Below, one piece after another: positions 1 through 8,422 of a stretch of DNA of 61,892 bases. Position numbers and translations under genes: made by a program. The DNA is from Acidimicrobiia bacterium (GTDB taxonomy: Bacteria > Actinomycetota > Acidimicrobiia > Spongiisociales > ZC4RG35), in NCBI GenBank assembly GCA_009377435.1, contig WHUC01000002.1:1-61892 (forward strand), written 5' to 3'. The notes below the pieces were generated by a model. It saw only the letters and a list, made by a program, of their open reading frames with translations. It had not been told where the DNA came from and searched no databases. Numbering within the stretch: the stretch's first letter is position 1; every line of letters starts with the position of its first letter.

Positions 1-225
1 CACCCACGGTGGGTCGAGGTCCTCGGGCTCGATCGGTGTGCCCTCGAGGAGTCGGTGAATCTGACTCCTCGCCGTGGCGACGTCCTCGTTGAGATAGAGG
101 GCGGGGAAGGACCGCGGTGGGTTCCATCTACCCCCGAACCGTTGCGCATAGGACGGATCGAGGGGATCCTTCCAGGCCGAGTCGGCGACCCGGCGCCACA
201 TATGGCCGTCGGGCAGTCGGGCCAC
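1..225 (-). CDS. RES-domain toxin, N-terminal part (gene runs off the window start)
   Basis: Hand translation of the minus strand just downstream of the antitoxin: (V)ARLPDGHMWRRVADSAWKDPLDPSYAQRFGGRWNPPRSFPALYLNEDVATARSQIHRLLEG... This carries the GGRWN..SFP.LY signature typical of RES toxin N-termini. A GTG at 225 lies 2 nt after the antitoxin stop (alternative ATG at 201). Absent from the ORF track because it is truncated. Confidence 0.6.
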   Translation of the reverse strand, partial: MARLPDGHMWRRVADSAWKDPLDPSYAQRFGGRWNPPRSFPALYLNEDVATARSQIHRLLEGTPIEPEDLDPPWV

Positions 226-227
226 CT

Positions 228-662
228 TCACGGCTGCACGCTACGCAGATCGAACATGGGTCGAACCGCATCAAGGACCGCAGACGGCCCCTCGCTGTTG
301 GCGATGTCGAGGAGGCTGCGGCCGCCGAGGTGGTCGGCGGGACGCCGTACCACCGCCGCTATCCGATCCGGCCGGACAAAACGTTCCAGGATCTCATGGG
401 CGGTCTCAAGGGCGGCGATGTCGTGGGCTCGCTTCGCCGCGGGCTTGTCGGCGAGCCACTTGGAGAAGGCCTGGCGACTGACACCGAACATCCGGGCCAG
501 GGCCGCCTTGGAGAGGCCCCACCTCTCCCCCACCACCTCGAGGGCGTTGGCGCTGGCGCGTCGTTCGATCTCGGCCGCCACCCGAATCGCCCATCGGTGG
601 TCGGGTGCCTGGACTAGCAGCCTCTCGGCGGCATCCGCGGGCGCTAGATCTGTGAGATTCAT
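228..662 (-). CDS. Xre-family antitoxin with DUF2384 (ParS/MbcA-like) C-terminal domain
   Basis: 144-aa track ORF. HTH-like segment WGLSKAALARMFGVSRQAFSKW, then RPADHLGGRSLLDIA... as in DUF2384 antitoxins. Sits directly upstream of a RES-like ORF on the same strand. Confidence 0.75.
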   Translation of the reverse strand: MNLTDLAPADAAERLLVQAPDHRWAIRVAAEIERRASANALEVVGERWGLSKAALARMFGVSRQAFSKWLADKPAAKRAHDIAALETAHEILERFVRPDRIAAVVRRPADHLGGRSLLDIANSEGPSAVLDAVRPMFDLRSVQP

Positions 663-683
663 GATGCCACTCTATCGCAACCG

Positions 684-714
684 AGTGTCAACCGCAACCA
701 CTTGTCAATCAACC
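684..714. promoter_or_regulatory. Possible operator: two TGTCAA(C/T)C motifs in the divergent promoter region between the antitoxin and the SLH/PQQ gene
   Basis: GTGTCAACC (about 686-694) and TTGTCAATCAACC (about 702-714) lie 25-50 nt upstream of the antitoxin start. No other support. Confidence 0.25.
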
Positions 715-768
715 CCGTGCATGTTTGTTTCCCGCGCCTTGATCGCGGGCGCGTAACGTTGATAACAG

Positions 769-2448
769 ATGAAGACGCTGCTCGTCGCCATCGCCATCGC
801 CTCTGCCCTCACCCCCGCCGCCGATCACTTCGACGACGACGAGGGGTCGGTGCATGAGGCCGATATCAACGCCCTCGCCGATGCCGGGGTCACCGTGGGC
901 TGCAATCCGCCGGTGAATGATCGGTTCTGTCCGCGGGACTCGGTGTCGCGGGAGCAGATGGCGTCATTCCTGGTCAGGGCCGTGGAACTTCCCCCGGTTG
1001 CCGCCGACCACTTTGTCGACGACGAGGGCTCGGTGCACGAGGCCGATATCAACGCCCTCGCCGACGCCGGGATCACGTTCGGATGCAACCCGCCGGTGAA
1101 TGACCGGTTCTGCCCGGGCGATTCGGTGTCGCGGGAGCAGATGGCGTCGTTTCTGGTGAGGGCGGTACCCCTCCCTTCCCCCACCGCCGACCACTTTGTC
1201 GACGACGAGGGCTCGGTGCACGAGGCCGATATCAACGCCCTCGCCGACGCCGGGATCACGTTCGGATGCAACCCGCCGGTGAATGACCGGTTCTGCCCGG
1301 GCGATTCGGTATCGCGGGAGCAGATGGCGTCGTTTCTGGTGCGGGCATTCGATCTGGGAGGTGCCGATCCCCCACCACCAGGGAAGCCGGTGGTGGAACT
1401 CGGTGTGACCTACGATGTCGGCGAACCGCTGTCGTGGGTCGGGTACGCCCCCGGCGATCCCCGACTGTGGGTCACCGAACTGCAGGGCCGCGTTCTTGCC
1501 GGTGAACCCGGTGACCTCGAGGTGGTCCTCGATATCACCGACGAGGTGGACTCGGGTGGGGAGAGGGGTCTGTTGTCGATAGCCTTCCATCCCGAATACG
1601 CCGAGACGCGAAGGTTCTTCGTGTCTATGACCAATGTGGACGGGGACACCGAGATCCGTGAGTATCGGATGGAGGGGTCGGACATCGTCGGGGGGAGGAC
1701 ACTCCTCTTTCTCCCGCAGCCCTTCGCCAATCACAACGGGGGCATGATCGACTTCGGGCCCGATGGTTGGTTGTACATTGCCCTCGGCGACGGTGGGGGC
1801 GGTGGGGATCCCGGCGAAAACGGCCAGGACCCGGACACCCTGTTGGGGAGCATCCTCCGGGTCGGGGTCGACGGCGACGACTTCCCCGCCGACAACACAC
1901 GCGACTATTCGGTCCCCCCCGGTAATGACGCCCCCGGCGACAAGCCCGAGATCTGGGCCTACGGGGTGCGCAACCCATGGAGGTTCTGGATCGACGATGT
2001 GTCCGACCGCATCTACATCGCCGATGTCGGACAGACCATGTGGGAGGAGGTCGACGTTCTCGCCCTCGACGCCGCTCCCGCTCCCAACCTCGGCTGGAAC
2101 ATCATGGAGGGGTCGTCATGTTTCGAGGACACCGAGTGCGATACCTCGGGTCTCGTGCTTCCGGTCGAGGAGTACGACCATGATGACGGGTGCTCCATCA
2201 CCGGTGGTCCGGTGTACCGGGGGGACGTGGGTGCGTTGTACGGGACCTACTTCTACTCCGACTTCTGCACCGGTTTCCTCCGCAGCTTCGACCTGGTGGA
2301 CGGTGCGGCCACATCATCCCGGGAGTGGTTGGCCTCCGGCCTGGAGGGTGTGTCGTCGTTCGGGGTCGGACCCGACGGGACCACCTATGCCGTCACCACC
2401 GGTGGATCCCTGATCGAGATCGTGATCAGGGAGGAGCCCGCTTCGTAG
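769..2448 (+). CDS. Secreted protein: three SLH-like repeats fused to a PQQ-dependent glucose/sorbosone dehydrogenase beta-propeller
   Basis: 559-aa ORF with a signal-like N-terminus MKTLLVAIAIASALTPAA. Three 61-aa repeats ADHFxDDEGSVHEADINALADAGxTxGCNPPVNDRFCPxDSVSREQMASFLVRA (SLH-like pattern). The C-terminal ~350 aa carries PQPFANHNGGMIDFGPDGWLYIALGDGG and GVRNPWRF motifs of the YliI/Asd-type soluble sugar dehydrogenases. Confidence 0.8.
   Translation: MKTLLVAIAIASALTPAADHFDDDEGSVHEADINALADAGVTVGCNPPVNDRFCPRDSVSREQMASFLVRAVELPPVAADHFVDDEGSVHEADINALADAGITFGCNPPVNDRFCPGDSVSREQMASFLVRAVPLPSPTADHFVDDEGSVHEADINALADAGITFGCNPPVNDRFCPGDSVSREQMASFLVRAFDLGGADPPPPGKPVVELGVTYDVGEPLSWVGYAPGDPRLWVTELQGRVLAGEPGDLEVVLDITDEVDSGGERGLLSIAFHPEYAETRRFFVSMTNVDGDTEIREYRMEGSDIVGGRTLLFLPQPFANHNGGMIDFGPDGWLYIALGDGGGGGDPGENGQDPDTLLGSILRVGVDGDDFPADNTRDYSVPPGNDAPGDKPEIWAYGVRNPWRFWIDDVSDRIYIADVGQTMWEEVDVLALDAAPAPNLGWNIMEGSSCFEDTECDTSGLVLPVEEYDHDDGCSITGGPVYRGDVGALYGTYFYSDFCTGFLRSFDLVDGAATSSREWLASGLEGVSSFGVGPDGTTYAVTTGGSLIEIVIREEPAS
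820..1368 (+). repeat. Three tandem 183-nt coding repeats (SLH-like modules); units 2 and 3 are nearly identical at the DNA level
   Basis: Units start at 820, 1003 and 1186 (aa 18, 79, 140). Units 2 and 3 are identical over about 150 nt except for one base (gtgtcg vs gtatcg). Unit 1 is more diverged. Confidence 0.9.
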
Positions 2449-2950
2449 ACCGAGACGCGTCCCCCTTGGGGGCGGTCGGTAGACGTTTCGGGGTGAGTCG
2501 GGGGCGGGGTGACTGGACGGGTGCGACCCCGGTGGCGGCGGCGAGCATTTCGGGGGGCATGTCGACATAGACGCTCTCGGAGCGGTCGGCGGAGATGATG
2601 AAGGTCTCGTGGAAGATCCCGACGGCCCCACTCCCCCGGGCGGCCTGGTTGAAACGACGCCACGCCCAGCGATGACCGGCGGCTCCATCCCTCGCGTAAA
2701 CCTCGAGGGTCTGGGCCGAGGTCCAGTATTGGGTGACCATGACCATCCGGCCCGACCAGAATGTCTTCGACCCGAGGAGACCCGGGGCGTGTCTCGTCTC
2801 CCGGATGAGACCGGGTAGGGCCGCCGCCACCGGCCACCACTTCCCCACCTGGAGTAGCCGGTTGATCCGAAAACCGACATGGAGGACGGCCAGTTCCCCC
2901 TCGAAGTCGGCGATGAAGCGGAGCGGGTGCCCCGTCGTGGGGTCGTTCAC
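2426..2950 (-). CDS. DUF4188-like protein (monooxygenase-like fold family)
   Basis: 174-aa ORF. Pattern GFRINRL..WWPV..PGLLG..VTQYW.S...L..YAR...H..AW..F....GAVGIFHETF matches my memory of DUF4188 proteins. Not searched. Converges on the SLH/PQQ gene with a 23-nt overlap. Confidence 0.6.
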   Translation of the reverse strand: MNDPTTGHPLRFIADFEGELAVLHVGFRINRLLQVGKWWPVAAALPGLIRETRHAPGLLGSKTFWSGRMVMVTQYWTSAQTLEVYARDGAAGHRWAWRRFNQAARGSGAVGIFHETFIISADRSESVYVDMPPEMLAAATGVAPVQSPRPRLTPKRLPTAPKGDASRSTKRAPP

Positions 2951-3096
2951 TGGTCGATCACCACCTGTGTCTGGATGGTCCGGGTGATCAGGCGATCCCC
3001 CTCATCGCGATGCGTCCCCGGCATGATCTCCATTCCGAGCACTGACGAGAACGGCATGAGCTGGTGGGCCCGGGCGGTGAGCTCTCTATCGGTCAT
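2947..3096 (-). CDS. 49-aa ORF, possibly a remnant of a PaaI-type hotdog thioesterase N-terminus
   Basis: Hand translation: MTDRELTARAHQLMPFSSVLGMEIMPGTHRDEGDRLITRTIQTQVVIDQ. The first ~25 aa resemble the N-terminus of PaaI-family thioesterases (..QLMPF...LG.E..). The stop overlaps the DUF4188 GTG start (GTGA). Below the ORF-track size cut-off. Confidence 0.3.
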   Translation of the reverse strand: MTDRELTARAHQLMPFSSVLGMEIMPGTHRDEGDRLITRTIQTQVVIDQ

Positions 3097-3177
3097 GCCA
3101 TCACGTTAGGAGGGCTGGCTCCGCTCCCCCACCCGAGGGTCGTGGGAATCAGAGCCCTCACCCGATAATGTCGCCTC

Positions 3178-4146
3178 ATGAGAGTTATCGACGCCGTCGA
3201 GGACTTCCTGGCATACCTCGAGGTATCGAAGCCATCGCCGCACACCGTGAAGGCGTACCGGACCGATCTGGCCGCGGTGGTCGACGTCGTGGGCAAACAG
3301 CACGAGGTCGAAGTCTCCGAGCTCGAGGTGTCGGCGTTTGGCCTCTCCACTTTACGTCGGGCATTCGCCTCCCGCTCTCATGATCTGGCCGCCTCTTCGC
3401 TGGCACGCACCCACACCACCTGGAATCGTTTCTTCCGTTTTCTCCGGTCCGAGGGCGTCGTAGACGTCAACCCCATGGACGAGATCGAGAGGGCTCGCAT
3501 CCCTTCGTCGCGCCCCAAGTCGATCGATGTCCCCGACGTGGCGGCTCGGATTCTTGCCGCCGCCGCCGATCCCGAGCCCAAGGCGAGGGCGGTGTGGCCG
3601 GCGCGGGATGTGGTCGTGGTCGCCCTGTTGACGACAACGGGGCTACGACTCGCCGAGGTGGTCTCCTTGGACATAGGCTCGTTCTCCGGTCGGAGCGGTG
3701 AACGCCAGCTCTCGGTGGTGGGCAAGGGAAACAAGGTGCGAACCATCCCCCTCAGCGACCGGTTGGTGGAGCTGGTGGAGGGCTATCTGGGGGAACGCGC
3801 CGAGCGGTTCGATGATCACGACCTCGACGACGCCTCCACTCCGCTGCTTGTTCACCCCGTGTCAGGAACACGGGTCACGGCCCGCCAGGTCCAATATCTC
3901 ATCGAACGTCTCTACCGTCGCTCCGGGTTACGCTCGTCGGTCCCCGAGGGCGCTCTCGTCCACGCCCTCCGTCACACCTTCGCCATGGATCTTCTCGACC
4001 ACGGCGCCACCATCATCGAGGTGCAGAGACTCCTCGGCCATGCCTCACTGAACACCACCCGTCGCTATCTCGACGCCCGTCCCGACGAGCTGCGCAACGC
4101 CGTGGCCGCCCTGGAGAGTGTCCGTGCCCTCGACAGGGGCAAGTAG
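3178..4146 (+). CDS. Tyrosine recombinase, XerC/XerD family
   Basis: 322-aa ORF. N-terminal SAM-like core-binding pattern (FLAYLEVSKPSPHTVKAYRTDL). Catalytic residues in context: TGLRLAEV (R), HALRHTFA (H-x-x-R), LLGHASLNTTRRYL (H...Y). Confidence 0.85.
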   Translation: MRVIDAVEDFLAYLEVSKPSPHTVKAYRTDLAAVVDVVGKQHEVEVSELEVSAFGLSTLRRAFASRSHDLAASSLARTHTTWNRFFRFLRSEGVVDVNPMDEIERARIPSSRPKSIDVPDVAARILAAAADPEPKARAVWPARDVVVVALLTTTGLRLAEVVSLDIGSFSGRSGERQLSVVGKGNKVRTIPLSDRLVELVEGYLGERAERFDDHDLDDASTPLLVHPVSGTRVTARQVQYLIERLYRRSGLRSSVPEGALVHALRHTFAMDLLDHGATIIEVQRLLGHASLNTTRRYLDARPDELRNAVAALESVRALDRGK

Positions 4147-5025
4147 CTACGAGGATTCGGTCATGCCCCGGAGGGCCTTGACGAGGGCATGGTTGCCCTC
4201 GCCACCGAGACCCGCTCGCTGCAGTGCCCGATACATCTGGAACGTCAGCGCGGTTCCCGGGGTGGGCACACCCAGCTCATCGGCGGCGTCGAGTACCAGA
4301 CGCAGGTCCTTGAGTTGGAGGTCGATGGTGAAACCGGGTCGCCAGTCGTCGGCGATCATCTGGGGCCAGCGATTGCTCAACATCCAAGACCCCGCCGCCC
4401 CGCCCTCCACCGCCCGCAGGGTCTTCTCCAGGTCGAGACCGCCCGCCTCGGCGACGAGAAGGGCCTCGGACACACCCAGTTGGGTGACGACGACGAGTAT
4501 CTGGTTGACCAGTTTCGCCGTCTGACCCATCCCGGGCTCGGGTCCGATGTGGGTGATCGTGGTGGCAAAGTGTTCCATCACCGGTCGTACCCGGTCGAAG
4601 GTCGGGGGATCGCCCCCCACCATCACCGAAAGTGTTCCCTTCTCCGCACCCTCGGAACCACCGGACACCGGGGCATCGATCCAGGTGGCACCCCCGTCCG
4701 CGATCCGGGCGGCGAATCCGGCGGTGGCCTCCGGGCTGATGGTCGAGTGATCCACCAGCACGGCGCCGTCTCCCAGCCCCTCGGCGAGGCCGGCGTCCCC
4801 AAAGACCACCGCTTCGACATCGGGTGTGTCCGAGACGCATAGCATGACGATGTCACTCTCCGTCGCCAGCTCCCTCGGGCTCGACGCCACCGCGATCCCC
4901 CGCTCGGAGAAGGGTTGCGTTGGCCCCGGCGAGCGGTTCCACACGGTGAGGTCGATTCCGGCCGCGGCGAGATTGCCCGCCATGCCACTGCCCATGATCC
5001 CCAGACCGGCGAATCCGATCCTCAT
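4147..5025 (-). CDS. NAD(P)-dependent oxidoreductase, 3-hydroxyisobutyrate dehydrogenase family
   Basis: Start moved to Met105 of the track ORF (MRIGFAGLGIMGSGMAGNL Rossmann motif), preceded by GGAGGA. The upstream 104 aa of the track ORF are R/P-rich and overlap another ORF. Confidence 0.85.
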   Translation of the reverse strand: MRIGFAGLGIMGSGMAGNLAAAGIDLTVWNRSPGPTQPFSERGIAVASSPRELATESDIVMLCVSDTPDVEAVVFGDAGLAEGLGDGAVLVDHSTISPEATAGFAARIADGGATWIDAPVSGGSEGAEKGTLSVMVGGDPPTFDRVRPVMEHFATTITHIGPEPGMGQTAKLVNQILVVVTQLGVSEALLVAEAGGLDLEKTLRAVEGGAAGSWMLSNRWPQMIADDWRPGFTIDLQLKDLRLVLDAADELGVPTPGTALTFQMYRALQRAGLGGEGNHALVKALRGMTESS

Positions 5026-5231
5026 CGCCTTTCCTCCATCGCCTTGCGGTAGAGGTACAGCCAGCCGAGGAGATGAGCAACGACCCCGGCGAACAGGATG
5101 GCGGCGACCATCCATCGACCACTGATCGCCGCGACCACGGCGGCGATGAAGGCGGCGATCACGAGAACGATCCGGATCCCGTTGAGGGGTCCGAAGATCT
5201 CCGATAGGGGTGGCCGGTCGCTCACACTCAC
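5022..5231 (-). CDS. Small (69-aa) two-TM membrane protein, hypothetical
   Basis: (V)SVSDRPPLSEIFGPLNGIRIVLVIAAFIAAVVAAISGRWMVAAILFAGVVAHLLGWLYLYRKAMEERR. The GTG start overlaps the mutase stop (GTGA) and the stop overlaps the oxidoreductase ATG (ATGA). Hydrophobic composition is unlike the GC-artefact frames. Confidence 0.4.
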   Translation of the reverse strand: MSVSDRPPLSEIFGPLNGIRIVLVIAAFIAAVVAAISGRWMVAAILFAGVVAHLLGWLYLYRKAMEERR

Positions 5232-6937
5232 AGACCGAGGAACTCGCCCATTGCGGAGGCGATGGCGGCGGCCCGCTCCTGGGTCTCCCTCTCGGAGGCG
5301 GCGACATCGTCGCCCGCCTCGCCCCTGAGGTCGACATAGATTTTCAGTTTCGGCTCGGTTCCCGATGGTCGGATGAGAACCCGTCCGGTGGGCTCGAGGT
5401 CGAGGACTACCAGTGCGGTCTCGCCCAGCCAGCGGGGCCGGTCCTCTGCCCCCGACCGGTAGTCCGTGGTGTTGGTCACCCGATACCCCGCCAGCTCCGA
5501 TGGCAGATCGGTGGCGAGACGCTCCATCGCCGCCGCGATCTCGGTCAGCCCCTCCGACCCGGGACGTACCACCGAGTGTTGTGTCGAGACCCACAGACCG
5601 TCACTGCGGTACAGATCGGCGAGACGGTCGGCGAGGGTTCGGCCCCGACTCTTCTCGAAGGCGGCAATGTCGGCGAATACCAGGCCGGCGGCGATACCGT
5701 CCTTGTCCCTCACGGTTTGGCCTACCGTCGACCCGAGGGCCTCTTCGAACCCGAACGCGAACCGACCGGCTCCCTCGCGTTTGAGATCGAGGGCCGCATT
5801 GGCGATCCACTTGAACCCGGTGAGTGTTGTTTCGAAGCGAGCGTCGTACCGGGCGGCCACAGAGGCGAGCATGGGGGTCGACACGATCGAATTGATGACG
5901 ATGGGCCGCTCGGCATGCCGCCAGTGCTCCAGGATCCAATCGGCGAGGAGCACACCGATCTGATTCCCGGTGAGATTCCTCCACCCGTCAGAGGTCTCGA
6001 TGGCGGCAGCCAACCGGTCGACGTCGGGATCATTGGCGATGATGAGCTCGGCGTTCTTGCGCTCGGCGAGGGCGAAGGCGAGATCGAGGACGCCCGGCTC
6101 CTCGGGGTTGGGGAAGTCGACGGTCGGAAAGTGGCCGTCGGGCTCCTGCTGTTCGGGGACGGGGTAGACCTCCCCGTAACCACCGCGTCGTAGCGTCTCG
6201 TCGACGTAACGCCAGCCGACACCGTGAATCGGCGTGTACACGATGCGAAGGTCCCGGTAGTTGGTGACATCGGGACGCTCCACCGATACCTCGTGCCAGT
6301 AGGCCTCGTAGACCTCCGGACCGAGTTCGGTGACGAGCTCGTGACCATCGCTCATGGGTTGTAACACAAGCGGCACCGACGACGTTTCCCCGACGGATGC
6401 GATGGCGTTTGCGATCTCGGTATCGACCGGAGGGACGATCTGGGCGGCGTTGCCGTCGTACACCTTGTAGCCGTTGTCCGCCGGCGGGTTGTGGCTCGCG
6501 GTGATTACGATGCCCGCGGCCGCCCCGAGGTGTTTGGCGGCGAAGGCGACGATTGGTGTCGGAACCGGGTTGGCAAAGTAGCGCACCGTGATCCCGGCCG
6601 CACAGAGCACACCGACGGTGGCCTCGGCGAACGCCTCCGAGGAGAGCCGGGCGTCGAAGCCGACGATCACGGGTGAGGTGGGCGGTCCGTCATGGCGGTC
6701 GAGGAGGAACCGGGCCAGACCGGCGGTGGTCCGGATGATCACCGCGGTGTTCATCCGGTTGCTCCCCGCCTCCACAGCGCCGCGGATGCCGGCCGTCCCG
6801 AACTCGAGGGCGCCGTTCATCCGTTCGGCCAACTGCTCCGTGTCGCCGCTCTCGACGAGGGCCTCCAACTCGGCCCGGGTGTCGGGGTCGGGATCCTGGG
6901 TGATCCACCGCCGTGCTCGTTCGATCAAATTCGCCAT
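5228..6937 (-). CDS. Phospho-sugar mutase (phosphoglucomutase/phosphomannomutase family)
   Basis: 569-aa ORF with active-site loop TASHNPPADNGYKVY and the four-domain alpha-D-phosphohexomutase layout. Confidence 0.9.
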   Translation of the reverse strand: MANLIERARRWITQDPDPDTRAELEALVESGDTEQLAERMNGALEFGTAGIRGAVEAGSNRMNTAVIIRTTAGLARFLLDRHDGPPTSPVIVGFDARLSSEAFAEATVGVLCAAGITVRYFANPVPTPIVAFAAKHLGAAAGIVITASHNPPADNGYKVYDGNAAQIVPPVDTEIANAIASVGETSSVPLVLQPMSDGHELVTELGPEVYEAYWHEVSVERPDVTNYRDLRIVYTPIHGVGWRYVDETLRRGGYGEVYPVPEQQEPDGHFPTVDFPNPEEPGVLDLAFALAERKNAELIIANDPDVDRLAAAIETSDGWRNLTGNQIGVLLADWILEHWRHAERPIVINSIVSTPMLASVAARYDARFETTLTGFKWIANAALDLKREGAGRFAFGFEEALGSTVGQTVRDKDGIAAGLVFADIAAFEKSRGRTLADRLADLYRSDGLWVSTQHSVVRPGSEGLTEIAAAMERLATDLPSELAGYRVTNTTDYRSGAEDRPRWLGETALVVLDLEPTGRVLIRPSGTEPKLKIYVDLRGEAGDDVAASERETQERAAAIASAMGEFLGL

Positions 6938-6953
6938 ACCGGGAGCCTATCGT

Positions 6954-7016
6954 CCGCCGGTCGAGTGTGTGGTGGGTCGTCCTGGTTGGGTCTGGTTACA
7001 CACTCGACGGGGGCGG
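6954..7016. repeat. Repeat family C, copy 1 (palindromic ~55-60 nt unit)
   Basis: CCGCCGGTCGAGTGTGTGGTGGGTCGTCCTGGTTGGGTCTGGTTACACACTCGACGGGGGCGG. The arms GGTCGAGTGTGT / ACACACTCGAC pair. Related copies lie at 44723-44846. Confidence 0.8.
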
Positions 7017-7745
7017 TTGGAAGGGGAGCTCGGGTTGGTTGGGGTCGGTGCGATGGAGACGGGGCAGTCCGGTCCAGATCAGTGAGTCCATGAACACCCA
7101 GGAGCGGCGGTGGATGGCGCTGGGGCCGTGGGCCTGGAGGGCGATGCGGTGGTGAGGGCAGGGATAGCCCTTGTTGTCGGCGAAGTTCCAGTAGGGATGG
7201 TCGACCGACAAACGTCTCATGATGCGGTCACGGGTCACCTTGGCGACTATGGACGCGGCGGCAATCGACAACGAGATACGGTCACCACGGATGATGCGGG
7301 TGGCCCCGCCGACGAAGTCCCAGTTGCCGTCGACCAGGACCTTCTGCGGTGGCAATGACAGACCCTGGAGGGCTCTCTTCGCCGCCAGCCTCTGTGCATC
7401 CGACATCCCCAACTCGTCACACTCGGTGTAGGTGGCATGACCGACACTCCACGCCTCCGCCCAGTCGAGGATACGACGGTACATCATCTCCCGCTCGGGC
7501 TCGGTGAGCATCTTGGAATCGCGGATCTTGTAGATGCGGCGGTCACGGGGGATGACCACGGCACCCACGGTCAGGGGCCCGGCCCAGGCACCCCTTCCCA
7601 CCTCGTCGACCCCCACAACCACATCCGTCCCCGTCTCCCAGAGCTCCTTCTCGAAGGAGAGACCCGGCGACTCCCTCTTCAGAGCGGTGCGCAGAGTCCC
7701 CGCGCTGGCGGGACGCACGGTCGTGTTCTGGGCGGTCGGAGGCAT
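6996..7745 (-). CDS. rnhB: Ribonuclease HII
   Basis: 249-aa ORF with VGVDEVGRGAWAGPLTVGAVV (DEVGRG metal-binding motif) and the SIAAASIVAKV..D motif. Confidence 0.9.
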   Translation of the reverse strand: MPPTAQNTTVRPASAGTLRTALKRESPGLSFEKELWETGTDVVVGVDEVGRGAWAGPLTVGAVVIPRDRRIYKIRDSKMLTEPEREMMYRRILDWAEAWSVGHATYTECDELGMSDAQRLAAKRALQGLSLPPQKVLVDGNWDFVGGATRIIRGDRISLSIAAASIVAKVTRDRIMRRLSVDHPYWNFADNKGYPCPHHRIALQAHGPSAIHRRSWVFMDSLIWTGLPRLHRTDPNQPELPFQPPPSSV

Positions 7746-7770
7746 CGTTGCCGTCTAGCGTAGGCCGCTA

Positions 7771-8286
7771 TCAGTTCAAATCGGGGTCAACGGGGTAGGT
7801 CGCCAACATCGCCAGGGTTCCGCCCTGGCGCCGGAGGACCCGGGACCAGAGGCTCTCGGGCTCGGGCGTGAACACGTCGTCCCACTCCCCCTTCGCCACG
7901 ATCCAACCGTCGGTGGCGAGTTCCTCCTCGAGCTGACCCGGGGTCCAGCCGGCGTATCCGGCGAACACCCGTACCGGGCCGATGAGGTCGTCTTCGACAT
8001 CGAGGGTCGCCACAGCTTCCATGGAGCCGACGACATCGAACGTCATCGGTCCGAGGGCCACCGCTACCTGTGGTTCGACTGGACCACCGACGAAAACCAC
8101 CTCGGGTGCGGCGACGACGGGTGCCACGTCGGGCAGATGGTCCGAGACGGGCTCAGCGCTGGGCCGATCCAGGATCACCCCCACGGTCCCCTCCTCATCG
8201 TGGGCGAGGATCAACACCACCGAACGGGCGAAGTTCGGGTCGAGCATCGTTGGTTGTGCGACCAGAAGGGTGCCCGGTTCGATCAC
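7771..8286 (-). CDS. YqgE/AlgH family (UPF0301) protein
   Basis: 171-aa ORF. MLDPNFARSVVLILAHDEEGTVGVILDRP and GYAGWTPGQLEEE are typical of the family. Confidence 0.85.
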   Translation of the reverse strand: MIEPGTLLVAQPTMLDPNFARSVVLILAHDEEGTVGVILDRPSAEPVSDHLPDVAPVVAAPEVVFVGGPVEPQVAVALGPMTFDVVGSMEAVATLDVEDDLIGPVRVFAGYAGWTPGQLEEELATDGWIVAKGEWDDVFTPEPESLWSRVLRRQGGTLAMLATYPVDPDLN

Positions 8287-8422
8287 CGCCCGATAGTAGG
8301 CCGGGATCGGCCAATGTGAGCACTGGCAATGGAGGATCTTGTCGGTCTCAGGCAGTAGAACATCCGGGGACAGGAGGGAGGCCGTTCTCCCGTACCAAGG
8401 GCCAATGGCTCGCCGACCGTCC

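Noticed and set aside
3160-3195. dif-like Xer site at the start of the recombinase gene (CGATAA-N16-TTATCG).
   Set aside because: A 16-nt spacer instead of 6-8 nt, with arms of only 6 nt and no resemblance to the dif consensus. It also overlaps the start codon.
3178-4146. The tyrosine recombinase as the integrase of an integrated element covering the first 4 kb.
   Set aside because: No adjacent tRNA, att-like repeats or other mobility genes are visible. The sequence looks like chromosomal XerC/XerD. This cannot be decided without the left flank.
4147-5337. 396-aa version of the oxidoreductase ORF with a 104-aa N-terminal extension. Similar long versions exist for tpiA 59312..60334, hpt 12857..13684, surE 56192..57124, trmI 50224..51306, the M20 peptidase 35206..36771 and the NUDIX gene 27164..28180.
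   Set aside because: The extensions are R/P/G-rich and overlap the upstream gene. The family N-terminus begins at an internal start that forms an ATGA/GTGA junction or has a Shine-Dalgarno sequence.
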